Positions 19,034-30,230 of a stretch of DNA of 64,000 nt are shown in pieces (position 1 is the first letter of the stretch; the number at the start of each line of letters is the position of its first letter). The translations under genes were made by a program, and so were the position numbers. Location: the NCBI GenBank assembly GCA_963796055.1, contig CAWCKH010000006.1, positions 96,001-160,000 on the forward strand. The letters are read 5' to 3'. This stretch comes from an uncultured delta proteobacterium (lineage in GTDB: Bacteria; Myxococcota; Myxococcia; Myxococcales; Myxococcaceae). A model generated the notes under the pieces. It saw only the letters and a program-made list of their open reading frames with translations, did no database searches and had not been told where the DNA came from.

Positions 19034-19577
19034 CCGTCTCCAGCACCCCGACGAACGGCAGATTTCGCCACCGTTCGTCGTTGTCGAGCCCGTAGCCAAC
19101 GAGGAAGCGGTCCTCGACCTCGAAGCCGGTGTAGTCCACCGTCACCGGCTCGACCCGGCGCGAGGGCTTGTCCAGGAGCGCGCAGGTCCGGACGCTGCGG
19201 CACCCACGCGCTGCGAGCGCCTGGAGCAGGAAGCGGAGCGTGAGCCCGGTGTCCACGATGTCCTCCACCACCAGGACGTCGCGGTCGTGGAGCGGGGTGC
19301 CGGTGTCGCTGGTGATCCGCACCTCTCCGCTCGACGTGGTGCCGCTCCCATACGAGGCCACCCCCAGGAACTCCAGCTGCAGCGGCAGGGAGATGGCCCG
19401 GACCAGGTCCGCGGCGAAGAGCGAGGCCCCCTTCAGGACGCAGAGCACGGTGAGCGGCCGACCGGCGTAGTCCCGGGTGATGGCCGCCCCGAGCTCGGCC
19501 ACCCGGGCCGCCAGGGTCGCCTCCCCGAAGAGCACCCGCACCCCGGGCGCCCAGCCGACCGGAAAGTCTTCCGACAT
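19026..19577 (-). CDS. hpt: Hypoxanthine phosphoribosyltransferase
   Basis: VLKGA, SYGSGTTSSG, VLVVEDIVDTGLT, LLDKP, FLVGYGLD. Confidence 0.95.
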   Translation of the reverse strand: MSEDFPVGWAPGVRVLFGEATLAARVAELGAAITRDYAGRPLTVLCVLKGASLFAADLVRAISLPLQLEFLGVASYGSGTTSSGEVRITSDTGTPLHDRDVLVVEDIVDTGLTLRFLLQALAARGCRSVRTCALLDKPSRRVEPVTVDYTGFEVEDRFLVGYGLDNDERWRNLPFVGVLETAR

Positions 19578-19712
19578 TCGGCCACTCTACTGTGCGTCTC
19601 CCGGTCTGCTGTTCCAGCGATTCCATGGGGTTCGGCGCTGGCGTGGTTCTTGGACCTCCGGGCGCCGGGCTTCCACCGGGCGGGGGCCCGGGGCGGGTGG
19701 GCGGAGGCGGCG

Positions 19713-20027
19713 GTGTGGCGAGGCGTACGGGCGGCCGGGGTGCTGGTGTTGCTCAACGCGGTGGACGGGGTCTGCACCCACGTTTTCCTCCGGGCGGGGG
19801 TGGCCCGGGAGCTCAACCCCTTGATGCGGCTGGCCTACGACGGTGGCCCCGGCCTGTTCTTCACCTGCAAGGTCCTGGCGGTGGGCAGCGCAGCCTGGAT
19901 TCTCCAGCGGCACGCTGCCCGGATGCCGCTGGCCCGGGGGGCCCTGGCCGGGGGCGTTGCGCTCTACACGCTGGTCTGCGTGCTGCACCTCTGGTTGCTC
20001 GTCCGGTGGGTCGGCGGTGGTGCTTGA
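19713..20027 (+). CDS. DUF5658-like small membrane protein
   Basis: LLNAVDGVCT...ELNPLM...FFTCK pattern; start uncertain. Confidence 0.55.
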   Translation: MWRGVRAAGVLVLLNAVDGVCTHVFLRAGVARELNPLMRLAYDGGPGLFFTCKVLAVGSAAWILQRHAARMPLARGALAGGVALYTLVCVLHLWLLVRWVGGGA

Positions 20028-20075
20028 TTTCTGTCGGATGCTCAACGGATGCTCCCGAGCGAGCGAGGGCGCCCC

Positions 20076-20345
20076 ATGGACATCACGGACGTGAAGATTT
20101 TTCCGGTCGATGAGGAAAAGCTCAAGGCGTACGTGACCATCACCCTCGACGGTTGCTTCGTGGTGCGCGACCTCAAGGTCATCCAGGGCTCGGCGGGTCT
20201 GTTCGTGGCGATGCCGGCCAAGAAGCGGAAGGACGGCACCTACAAGGACATCGCCCATCCGCTGAACACCGACATGCGCGCGCGGATGGAGCGCGTCATC
20301 CTCGACCAGTACGAGCGGAGCACCGCGCGGCTGGGCGCGGCCTAG
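20076..20345 (+). CDS. spoVG: SpoVG family nucleic-acid-binding protein
   Basis: MDITDVKI...LKAYVTITLD...GLFVAMP...YKDIAHPLN. Confidence 0.93.
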   Translation: MDITDVKIFPVDEEKLKAYVTITLDGCFVVRDLKVIQGSAGLFVAMPAKKRKDGTYKDIAHPLNTDMRARMERVILDQYERSTARLGAA

Positions 20346-20414
20346 CGTTCAAGAGCGCGCTCGCCGGCCTTCCACATCGGGCCCCGCTGGTCTAGGTGAG
20401 CAGCATCCCGACCC

Positions 20415-21368
20415 ATGCCCACGGCGCGCGACTTCAAGGTCTTCGCTGGAAACTCCAACCTCCCCCTCGCCCGCCGGATCTGTGAGCACCTCAAGCGTCC
20501 CCTGGGGAAGGCCGACGTCGGCCGCTTCTCGGATGGAGAGATCCAGATCGAGATCGGCGAGAACGTCCGTGGCCAGGACACCTTCATCGTCCAGTCCACC
20601 AGTCCGCCGGCGAACGACCACATCATGGAGCTGCTGATCATGTGCGATGCGCTCAAGCGCGCCTCGGCACAGTCGATCACCGCGGTCATCCCCTACTTCG
20701 GCTACGCGCGGCAGGACCGGAAGGTGGTCCCCCGGACCCCGATCACCGCCAAGCTGGTCGCCGACCTCCTCGAGTCCGCCGGCGCCACCCGCGTCGTGTC
20801 CATGGACATGCACGTGGCGCAGATCCAGGGCTTCTTCCACATTCCCTCGGACCACCTCTTCGCCTCGCCGGTCTTCCTCGAGGACATCCGGCGCAACTTC
20901 CCCGCCACCGACGAGCTGGTGCTGGTCTCGCCCGACGCCGGCGGCGTGGAGCGGGCACGGGCCTACTCCAAGCGGCTCAACTCCTCGCTGGCCATCGTGG
21001 ACAAGCGGCGTACCCGGGCCAACGTCTCCGAGGTGATGAACCTCATCGGCGACGTTCGGGGCAAGGATGCGGTGCTCATCGACGACATGGTCGACACCGG
21101 CGGCACGCTCACCCAGGCAGCGATGGCGTTGAAGGCCGAGGGGGCACGGCGGGTGATGGCCTACGCGGTGCACCCCATCCTCTCCGGGCCGGCGGTGAAA
21201 CGCATCCAGGAGTCGGTGCTCGAGGAGGTGGTGTTCACCGACACGGTCCCGCTCGGCCCCGCGGCGGCGGCCTGCACCAAGATCCGTCAGCTCAGCACCG
21301 CCCGGCTCTTCGCCGACGCCATCCAGCGGATCTACTCCGGCGACTCGCTCAGCTCGCTCTTCGTGTAG
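20415..21368 (+). CDS. prs: Ribose-phosphate pyrophosphokinase
   Basis: FSDGE, PYFGYARQDRK, VSPDAGGVERA, IDDMVDTGGT. Confidence 0.97.
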   Translation: MPTARDFKVFAGNSNLPLARRICEHLKRPLGKADVGRFSDGEIQIEIGENVRGQDTFIVQSTSPPANDHIMELLIMCDALKRASAQSITAVIPYFGYARQDRKVVPRTPITAKLVADLLESAGATRVVSMDMHVAQIQGFFHIPSDHLFASPVFLEDIRRNFPATDELVLVSPDAGGVERARAYSKRLNSSLAIVDKRRTRANVSEVMNLIGDVRGKDAVLIDDMVDTGGTLTQAAMALKAEGARRVMAYAVHPILSGPAVKRIQESVLEEVVFTDTVPLGPAAAACTKIRQLSTARLFADAIQRIYSGDSLSSLFV

Positions 21369-21875
21369 TCGGGCTCGCACCGACGCCTCCCCTCACGCGC
21401 ATGCGCCCACAGGGCGAGCGACGTCCGCGGACGGGCGTGGCGGAGGTGACAACCTTCCGCCATACTCGGAACCGTCGGATCCCGGATCGGTCCCGGAGCG
21501 CGGATGGGGTGCGAGCGCCTCCAGGGGACGGAGCGGGCTCTCGTCGTGGAGAGAGGATGCCTGCCCGGAGCCGATCGAAGACGGTGCTCATCGTCGAGGA
21601 CGATCCGGACATCCGCGAGGTCCTCGAGGAGATGATCGACGCCGGTGGCCACGCGGTGGTCACCGCGACCAACGGCGCCGAGGGGCTGGCCGCCCTCGCC
21701 CAGGTGGAACCGCCGGCGCTGATTCTGCTCGATCTGATGATGCCGGTGATGAGCGGCTTCGCCTTCCTCGAGGAGCTGGGGCGACGCACCGATCGCAGCG
21801 GCGACCGGGTGCTGCTGATCAGCGCCAACGAGACGGTGGAGCGTGCGGCGCAGCTGCCCGGGGTGGTGGGCTACG

Positions 21876-23498
<1,623 letters not shown>

Positions 23499-23636
23499 CT
23501 GAGGCGGAACGCTACTACGCTCGCTCGGTGGGTCCGGCGTGGGGCGCTGTGCGGGAATCTCGGTGTCCTGGTGCAGCGGAGGCCCTCGGCCGTCGGCTGG
23601 ATGACGAAACCCAGGCCGCCGTTGCGGCGCTCATCA

Positions 23637-24791
23637 TCAGGCGCGGCCCACGCCGGCGGGCATCTCGAAGCGGGCCTCCTCGCCCGCGAGGCCCAGCTCC
23701 ACCGTGCGTCGCCAGTACCGCAGGCCAGCCTCGAGCGCGAGGCGGTCGATGCCCGGAAGGCGTCCCACCACCCGGCCTGTCCCGGAGATGAGGGTTCGCA
23801 ACGCCGGGGCGACGAGGCGCCATGGCGTCCGCGGGTAGCCGAGCGCATCCGCGTACCGGTCGCCAACGAGATGCCGACCGATGCCGTACGCCACCGGAAG
23901 GAAACGTTCCGCGCGGGCGCGCTCCTCGGCGGACCGGGCCTCGTGGAGCGGGGACTCGAGCAGGGCCGCGGCGAGCGCGGCCGAGTCGGAGTCGGGTGGC
24001 TCCTGGGTGGCCTCGAGCAGCTCCCAGAGGGCCCGCGCCTCGGGCTCGGTGGCGCCGAGCAGCTCCTGCTCCACGCCGAGCACCCAGCCGGCCACGCGCC
24101 ACAGATGCAGCACGTCCTCGCACTGCTCCCGACCGATGCGGAACCCGAGCATCCGCAGCCCATCCACCAGCACCAGCGAGAAGAGGAGCACGGTGCCCGC
24201 CATGTCCACCTGGTTGATGGGGTCGCCCCAGGCGCTGGCATCCCAGCGCGGAGAGGCCCGGAGCAGCCGGCGGACCTGCGCGTGCATCAGCCGCACACGG
24301 GCGGCGGCGACCCAGCCCGGCGCACCGGGGGCGAGCGAGCCCGGCTGGTAGACCAGACTCACGAACCGGCTGGTCTCGGAGAGGCGCCGCGGGGCGGCCT
24401 CGCGGAGCCGGCCGGAGAAGACCAGCGGCTTGTTTCCCGCCGGGCTGCAGTAACCGGCGACCAGCGAGCGGAACCCGAGCACCACCCCGCCGAAGAAGCC
24501 GGTGCGCAGCAGCACCTCCCCTCCCCGCCGGGCGCGGTCCAGGTCGGCCCAGAAAGGCAAGGCGGAGAGCGACGCCCGCAGCGCGCGGAGCTCGGCCGGA
24601 AGCGCGCGCACGTCGCCGGTGAGCGTCTGGTCGATGAGCCGCTCCCGTTCCTCGGCCGTCGCTCCGGCGAGGGCCTCGACCGCGGCGTCCGCACCCGGGT
24701 CTCCCGCGGCGAAGAAGGCGCCGAGCCGGTCGACCCGGGAGCCGAAGCGGCGGCGGGCCTGGTCGAGATGGACGAACCGGGAGGGGAACAT
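23637..24791 (-). CDS. Oxygenase MpaB/DUF2236 (Lcp-like) family protein
   Basis: GDPGAD, RRLSET, RVRLMHAQVRR, WGDPINQVDM, HLWRVAGWVLGV. Confidence 0.85.
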   Translation of the reverse strand: MFPSRFVHLDQARRRFGSRVDRLGAFFAAGDPGADAAVEALAGATAEERERLIDQTLTGDVRALPAELRALRASLSALPFWADLDRARRGGEVLLRTGFFGGVVLGFRSLVAGYCSPAGNKPLVFSGRLREAAPRRLSETSRFVSLVYQPGSLAPGAPGWVAAARVRLMHAQVRRLLRASPRWDASAWGDPINQVDMAGTVLLFSLVLVDGLRMLGFRIGREQCEDVLHLWRVAGWVLGVEQELLGATEPEARALWELLEATQEPPDSDSAALAAALLESPLHEARSAEERARAERFLPVAYGIGRHLVGDRYADALGYPRTPWRLVAPALRTLISGTGRVVGRLPGIDRLALEAGLRYWRRTVELGLAGEEARFEMPAGVGRA

Positions 24792-24973
24792 GGCGCGGTG
24801 AACCGGGGGATGAGGTAATCAGCGTCCCGGAGTCTCGCCCCAGCCAGGGTGCCTGCGACTTGACGCTCGGGGGAAAGGTTGGCAGTAGAGCCGCTTTCGC
24901 CCGGGACTGTAGGGGCCCACCACGGGGTGGGATGCCGGCCGGGGCGACAGAGAAAGAGGAGCACGGAAATCAC

Positions 24974-25726
24974 ATGGCACCCACCCGGAACACCCTGGCG
25001 GCACGCCTGCGCGAAGGCGCGGGCAAGGGCTCGGCGCGGCGGCTACGCGCGGAGGGGCTCGTCCCCGCGGTCGTCTACGGCCGCCACCTCGAGACCCCGG
25101 TCCACATCGCGGTGGACCCGATCGAGGTGAAGAAGGCCATCGCCACCCCGCACCACCTCAACACCCTGCTCAGCCTCAAGCTGGATGGGCAGCCCGAGCG
25201 GCTGGTGCTGCTCAAGGACTACCAGCAGGACCCGATGAGCCGGGAGATGCTCCACGCCGACTTCATCGACGTGCGCGAGAACGAGCAGATCAAGGTGAAC
25301 GTGCCGCTGGTGCTGGTGGGCAAGCCGGTGGGCGTGACCGAGGGCGGCATCCTCTCGCAGAGCCGGCGCGAGCTCGAGGTCTACGCGATGCCGGCGGCCA
25401 TCCCGGAGAAGATCGAGGCGGACGTCAGCCATATGAAGATTGCCCAGTCGCTCCACATCAACGAGGTGAAGCTGCCCCAGGGCGTCCGGGTGAAGACGCA
25501 GGTGAACTACACCATCGCGGTGGTCTCGGTGCCGGAGAAGGAGGAGGTCGCTCCGGTGGTGGCGGCGGCCACTCCGGTCGCGGGTGTACCGGGTGCGCCG
25601 GGCGCGCCGGGCGCGGCCCCGGCGGCGGCCGATGCCAAGGGGGCCGAGGGCGGCAAGGGCGCGGGGGCTCCGGCGGCGGGGAAGGACGCCGGCGGCGCGG
25701 CCAAGAAGGACGAGAAGAAGAAGTAG
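24974..25726 (+). CDS. rplY: 50S ribosomal protein L25/general stress protein Ctc
   Basis: GKGSARRLR...VPAVVYG...HADF; Ala/Lys-rich tail. Confidence 0.95.
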   Translation: MAPTRNTLAARLREGAGKGSARRLRAEGLVPAVVYGRHLETPVHIAVDPIEVKKAIATPHHLNTLLSLKLDGQPERLVLLKDYQQDPMSREMLHADFIDVRENEQIKVNVPLVLVGKPVGVTEGGILSQSRRELEVYAMPAAIPEKIEADVSHMKIAQSLHINEVKLPQGVRVKTQVNYTIAVVSVPEKEEVAPVVAAATPVAGVPGAPGAPGAAPAAADAKGAEGGKGAGAPAAGKDAGGAAKKDEKKK

Positions 25727-25732
25727 CCAGCC

Positions 25733-26314
25733 GTGCACGGGGCCAGGCTCGTGGTGGGGCTCGGGAATCCGGGCCGCGAGTACGCCGGGCACCGGCACAA
25801 CGTGGGCTTCATGGTGCTGGACCGGCTGGCTGGCGCGGTGGGCATCCCGCTCGGCCAGTCGAAGTTCCAGGGTCGCTTCGGGCAGGGGGAGGCGGAGAAG
25901 GTCCGCCTGATTCTGCTCGAGCCCGAGACGTTCATGAACGCCTCCGGCGAGGCGGTGGCCGCGGCGGCCCGCTTCTTCAAGGTGACGCCCAGGGAAACCC
26001 TGGTCGTCCACGACGAGCTGGACCTCCCCTTCGGGCGGCTGCAGCTCAAGAAGGGCGGCGGGACCGGCGGGCACAACGGGCTGGAGTCCATCGTCGCCCA
26101 GCTCGGAACGGCGGACTTCGCCCGGCTGCGGGTGGGGATCGGAAAGCCCCATGGGCCGAACGCGAAGGAGCGCGTGGTGGGCCACGTGCTCCACGATTTC
26201 TCGTCCGAGGAACGGGACGGTCTTCCCCCGGTGCTCGACCGCGCGGTGGAGATGGCGCGGGCGTGGCTGTCGCTCGGGCTCGCCGAGGCGATGAACCGGC
26301 ACAACCGGCGCTGA
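25733..26314 (+). CDS. pth: Peptidyl-tRNA hydrolase
   Basis: VGLGNPG, RHNVGF, TFMNASG, HDELD, GHNGL. Confidence 0.96.
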   Translation: MHGARLVVGLGNPGREYAGHRHNVGFMVLDRLAGAVGIPLGQSKFQGRFGQGEAEKVRLILLEPETFMNASGEAVAAAARFFKVTPRETLVVHDELDLPFGRLQLKKGGGTGGHNGLESIVAQLGTADFARLRVGIGKPHGPNAKERVVGHVLHDFSSEERDGLPPVLDRAVEMARAWLSLGLAEAMNRHNRR

Positions 26315-26339
26315 ACCGGTCGAGAGGCCCCACCCTGAC

Positions 26340-26512
26340 TTGACGTGAAGCCCCCAGCCCGATAGTCAGGCCCGCTCGTTCTTTGGAGTGCAAGCGCGAG
26401 GGCGACGGGCGCGCGGTGTTCCCGTCCCCGGTGGGCGTGCCGGCAACCGGCCGCTGACCGCATCCCCGCTCCGGGCACTGGACCCGGGGCACAACCCGAG
26501 GGGAAGGAACAC
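26340..26512 (+). promoter_or_regulatory. Putative sigma70 promoter and 5' leader of rpsF (possible S6:S18 autoregulatory RNA)
   Basis: TTGACG-17 nt-TAGTCA at 26340-26368 (weak -10); AACCCGAGGGGAAGGAA lies before the ATG. Confidence 0.35.
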
Positions 26513-26977
26513 ATGACAGAGCAGACGACCGCGCATCATCTGCGCGAGTACGAAACCATCTTCCTGGTCAAGCCCGACCTCACCGACGAGGGCGTGGACC
26601 GGCTCAAGGACCGCGTCCGCGGGATCGTGAACCGCGAAGGCGGCAAGCTGATCCGCTTCACGGTGTGGGGCAAGAAGAAGACCATGTACCCGGTGGCCAA
26701 GCAGCCCCGGGCCATCTACGTCCACGCCTCCTACCTCGGCGGCCACGGGCTGGTGGCGGAGGTGGAGCGCAACCTGCGCAACCTCGACGAGGTCACCCGC
26801 TGGCTCAGCGTGAAGGTGGCGGACGACGTGGATCCCGAGACCCGGCCGGTGCAGGAGGACGTCAAGCTGGCGGGCGACGTGGACGAGGCCCGTGGCGCGG
26901 CGCCCGAGCGCGCGGGTCCTCCGCGCGACGGAGTCGAGGTCGAGGGCCTGGACGAGGAGGCGCCGGAGGAGGCCTAG
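26513..26977 (+). CDS. rpsF: 30S ribosomal protein S6
   Basis: [21 protein letters not shown]; acidic tail. Confidence 0.95.
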   Translation: MTEQTTAHHLREYETIFLVKPDLTDEGVDRLKDRVRGIVNREGGKLIRFTVWGKKKTMYPVAKQPRAIYVHASYLGGHGLVAEVERNLRNLDEVTRWLSVKVADDVDPETRPVQEDVKLAGDVDEARGAAPERAGPPRDGVEVEGLDEEAPEEA

Positions 26978-27001
26978 CGCCTCGACTGGCGGGAGCACGA
27001 C

Positions 27002-27364
27002 ATGACCGGACACTTCGGAAACGGAAACGGACCTCGGAACGACGGCCCCAGGGGCGGTGGCGGCGGGCGCTTCGGTGGCGATCGCGGTGGCGATCGTGGC
27101 GGCGGCGGGATGGGGGGCGACGACGAGAAGCGCGGCGGACGGGGCGGCTTCGGCCGCAAGAAGGTCTGTCGCTTCTGCGCCGAGAAGGGCAGCCACCCCG
27201 ACTTCAAGGACCAGGCGACGCTGAAGTACTTCGTCACCGAGCGGGGGAAGATCATCCCCCGGCGGATCTCGGGGAACTGCGCCAAGCACCAGCGGCAGGT
27301 AGCGGTGGCCATCAAGCGCGCCCGCGGCCTGGCCCTCATCCCCTACAACGCGCTGGTGGGCTGA
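27002..27364 (+). CDS. rpsR: 30S ribosomal protein S18 (zinc-binding type) with Gly/Arg-rich N-terminal extension
   Basis: [29 protein letters not shown]. Confidence 0.96.
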   Translation: MTGHFGNGNGPRNDGPRGGGGGRFGGDRGGDRGGGGMGGDDEKRGGRGGFGRKKVCRFCAEKGSHPDFKDQATLKYFVTERGKIIPRRISGNCAKHQRQVAVAIKRARGLALIPYNALVG

Positions 27365-27378
27365 GGAGGACTGTCGCC

Positions 27379-27831
27379 ATGCCGATGAAGGTCATCCTGC
27401 GCGAGGACGTCCCCAACCTGGGCAAGTCCGGTGAGCTGGTGAACGTGAAGCCCGGCTTCGGCCGCAACTATCTGCTGCCCCGGAAGCTGGCGGTGCTGGC
27501 CAACGAGGCCAACGTCGCCCAGCTCGAGCACGACCGCGCGGTCATCTCCGCGCGCCAGGCGAAGCTGCGGGGCAACGCCGAGGAGCAGGCCAAGCGCATC
27601 AACGCGGTGTCGATCACCGTGGCCCGGAAGGTCGGCGAGCAGGAGAAGCTCTTCGGCTCGGTGACCGCGCTGGACATCGCCGAGGCGCTGGCGGCCAAGG
27701 GCCAGAAAGTGGACCGCCGGCACATCCACCTGCCCGAGCCGATCAAGACCGTGGGCGCGCACGAGGTGGAGATCCGCCTCCACCGCGACGTCACTGCGAA
27801 GATCAAGGTCGAGGTCGTTCCCGAGGCCTGA
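27379..27831 (+). CDS. rplI: 50S ribosomal protein L9
   Basis: [13 protein letters not shown]...[12 protein letters not shown]...KLFGSVT; GAGGAGG Shine-Dalgarno. Confidence 0.96.
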   Translation: MPMKVILREDVPNLGKSGELVNVKPGFGRNYLLPRKLAVLANEANVAQLEHDRAVISARQAKLRGNAEEQAKRINAVSITVARKVGEQEKLFGSVTALDIAEALAAKGQKVDRRHIHLPEPIKTVGAHEVEIRLHRDVTAKIKVEVVPEA

Positions 27832-27842
27832 AGCCTCCCCCA

Positions 27843-27880
27843 GGCCGGCCCATGGGCATCCCGCCTGGGCCGGTTTGTCG
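27843..27880 (+). terminator. Possible intrinsic terminator after rplI
   Basis: GGCCGGCCCA/TGGGCCGGTT stem followed by a weak T tract. Confidence 0.35.
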
Positions 27881-27935
27881 TTGCTGTTTGTCAGGGAGCG
27901 GAGGGATCCTGGGCCGCTCCGGGGAGTGGTGATCG

Positions 27936-29303
27936 ATGGCCGTCGTCCAGCCGCTGCGTCCACAGACCGAGGATCTTGCCGCCGAGCGCGCGGTGCTCGG
28001 AGCGGTCCTGGCGGACAACACGGTAGTGGCCTCCGTGGCCGAGGTCGTCCTCGCCGATGACTTCTCCAACCCCGCGCACGCGCAGATCTTCGCCGCGATG
28101 CTGGCCCTCGACGGGACCCAGCGTCCGGTCGACCACCTCACCCTCTCCGAGGAGCTGAAGACCCGGGGCCAGCTCGCGGGTGTGGGCGGTCCGGCGTACC
28201 TCATGACCCTGGACCAGGTGGTCCCCCTGGCGTCCAGCGCCGTGGAGTACGCGCGCATCGTCAAGGACCAGTCGGTCCGGCGGCGGCTGGCGGGCGTGGG
28301 GCGGGAGATCCTCGAGCTGGCCAGCCAGGACACCGGCGAGCTGGATGCCATCCTCGACGAGGCCGAGCGCCGGGTCTTCCAGCTGGCGGAGCGGAAGCGC
28401 GAAGGAGAGCTGAGGCCCGTCCGGGAGCTGATGGAGCGCACGCTCAATCTGCTCGACCGGATGAAGATGTCCTCCAGCGGCGTCACCGGGCTCTCCACCG
28501 GCTTCGTCGACCTCGACCTGCAGCTCACCGGCCTCCACCCTGGCGAGCTGCTGATTCTCGCCGCGCGCCCCGGGGTGGGGAAGACCTCGCTGGCGATGAA
28601 CGTGGCGATGCACGTGGCGCTCAAGGAAGAGCGCCCGGTGGGCATCTTCTCGCTGGAGATGCCGGCGGATCAGCTGCTGATGCGGCTCCTGGCCAGCGCC
28701 GCCCGGGTGGACATGAAGAAGCTCCGGGGCGGGCGACTGACTCCTCACGACGAGGAGAAGTTCCAGGAGGTCGCCGGGAGCCTGTTCAACGCCCCGCTGT
28801 TCATCGACGACACCGGCGCCCTGTCCCCCTTCGACCTCCGGGCCAAGGCCCGGCGGCTGAAGCAGAAGAACCAGGGCCTGGGGCTCCTGGTGGTGGACTA
28901 CCTGCAGCTCATGCACCAGAAGGGCAAGGTGGAGAGCCGGCAGCTCGAGGTGAGCGAGATCAGCCGCTCCCTCAAGGCGCTGGCCAAGGAGCTGGAGGTG
29001 CCCATCCTCGCCCTGAGCCAGCTGAACCGGAAGGTGGAGGAGCGCAAGGGGGGCCGGCCGATGCTCTCCGACCTCCGCGAGTCCGGCGCCATCGAGCAGG
29101 ACGCCGACGTGGTGATGTTCATTCACCGCGACGACGACGGCGACGACGAGGAGAGCAGCGGAGGCTCGGGCTACGGCGCGGGACGCGGGGCGACGCCGGT
29201 GGAGCTCATCGTCGCCAAGCAGCGAAACGGACCGACCGGGACCATCGATCTCGTCTTCCTCTCCGAGTTCACCCGGTTCGAGAGCCGGGCGCGGGTCGAC
29301 TGA
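27936..29303 (+). CDS. dnaB: Replicative DNA helicase
   Basis: AARPGVGKT, FSLEM, VVDYLQLM, LSQLNR, DLRESGAIEQDAD, KQRNGPTG. Confidence 0.97.
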   Translation: MAVVQPLRPQTEDLAAERAVLGAVLADNTVVASVAEVVLADDFSNPAHAQIFAAMLALDGTQRPVDHLTLSEELKTRGQLAGVGGPAYLMTLDQVVPLASSAVEYARIVKDQSVRRRLAGVGREILELASQDTGELDAILDEAERRVFQLAERKREGELRPVRELMERTLNLLDRMKMSSSGVTGLSTGFVDLDLQLTGLHPGELLILAARPGVGKTSLAMNVAMHVALKEERPVGIFSLEMPADQLLMRLLASAARVDMKKLRGGRLTPHDEEKFQEVAGSLFNAPLFIDDTGALSPFDLRAKARRLKQKNQGLGLLVVDYLQLMHQKGKVESRQLEVSEISRSLKALAKELEVPILALSQLNRKVEERKGGRPMLSDLRESGAIEQDADVVMFIHRDDDGDDEESSGGSGYGAGRGATPVELIVAKQRNGPTGTIDLVFLSEFTRFESRARVD

Positions 29304-29462
29304 CACCTCGTTTGGAGACGAGGTCCACGCTCGCACGCCGTGGGGATCGTGCTCGAGGTGTCGGGGGGCCGTGACACGCCCGCTTCGGCCGCTGGCCTCC
29401 ACGGTCCTTGGGGCCCAGGAGCAGAGGGCAGACGAGACCGTACAGCGCCCAGCTGCGTCGCT

Positions 29463-30230
29463 TCAGTTCGCCTCCAGGGACTCCCCGGAGTCGGCCGGCG
29501 CGCGCCTGGGGATCGGAACGAGTCCTCGCACCTCCTGGCGGTAGGCGAAATACCGCGCTCCGTACTCCCGCACCAGGTCCCGCTCCTCGAGCTGGATGGC
29601 GACCAGGATGTACCCCAGCGTGGCCAGGGCGAAGACCAGGTGCCCGAGCGTCATCCTCGGCGCCGCCCAGAACGCGACGATGAAGCCCAGGTAGATGGGG
29701 TGGCGCACCAGCTTGTAGAGCACCGGGGTCCGGAACCGCGGCGCGGGGAGCTCCCGTCGTCGGGCCGCCAGGTAGACCTGCCGGAGGCCGAAGAGCTCGA
29801 AGTGGTTGATGAGGAACGTGCCGAAGAACACGATTCCCCACCCGAGCAGCGACAGCGTGGTGAGGGCGAGACGCGCTCCCGCGCCGTCGACCTGCCAGAG
29901 CACCGCAGGGATCGGACGCCAGAAATGGAAGAGCGCGATCAGACACCCGCTCGCGGCGAGCACGTAGGTGCTGCGCTCGATGGGTGCGGGGAGGATCCGG
30001 GTCCACGCCGCCTTGAAGCCCCGCCGGGCCATCCCGCTGTGCTGCACGGCGAACAGGGTCAGCAGCAGGGCGTCGACCAGCAGCGCCCTGCCGGCCGGAA
30101 CCAGCGGTCCTCCCTGGTCGATGGCGCGGGGAACGAGCACGTTCCCGACGAACCCGATCGCGTAGGAGATGGTCCCCAGAAACCCCAGGTAGCAAAGAGC
30201 TCCGTACAGCACGTACCCCATGCGCTTCAT
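29463..30230 (-). CDS. mddA: Methanethiol S-methyltransferase MddA-like (ICMT/NnrU family) membrane protein
   Basis: YAIGFVGN, FAVQHSGMAR, IERSTYVL, INHFELFGLRQV, VRHPIYLGF, LEERDL. Confidence 0.75.
   Translation of the reverse strand: MKRMGYVLYGALCYLGFLGTISYAIGFVGNVLVPRAIDQGGPLVPAGRALLVDALLLTLFAVQHSGMARRGFKAAWTRILPAPIERSTYVLAASGCLIALFHFWRPIPAVLWQVDGAGARLALTTLSLLGWGIVFFGTFLINHFELFGLRQVYLAARRRELPAPRFRTPVLYKLVRHPIYLGFIVAFWAAPRMTLGHLVFALATLGYILVAIQLEERDLVREYGARYFAYRQEVRGLVPIPRRAPADSGESLEAN

Noticed and set aside
20346..20414. tRNA-Gln often found just upstream of prs
   Set aside because: The gap is only 69 nt, with no T-loop GTTCGA motif or cloverleaf visible
29304..29462. Hairpin ACCTCGT-N6-ACGAGGT after dnaB as another copy of the repeat or a terminator
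   Set aside because: Lacks the GTCAGGGCGGCCGC core and has no U tract; insufficient support
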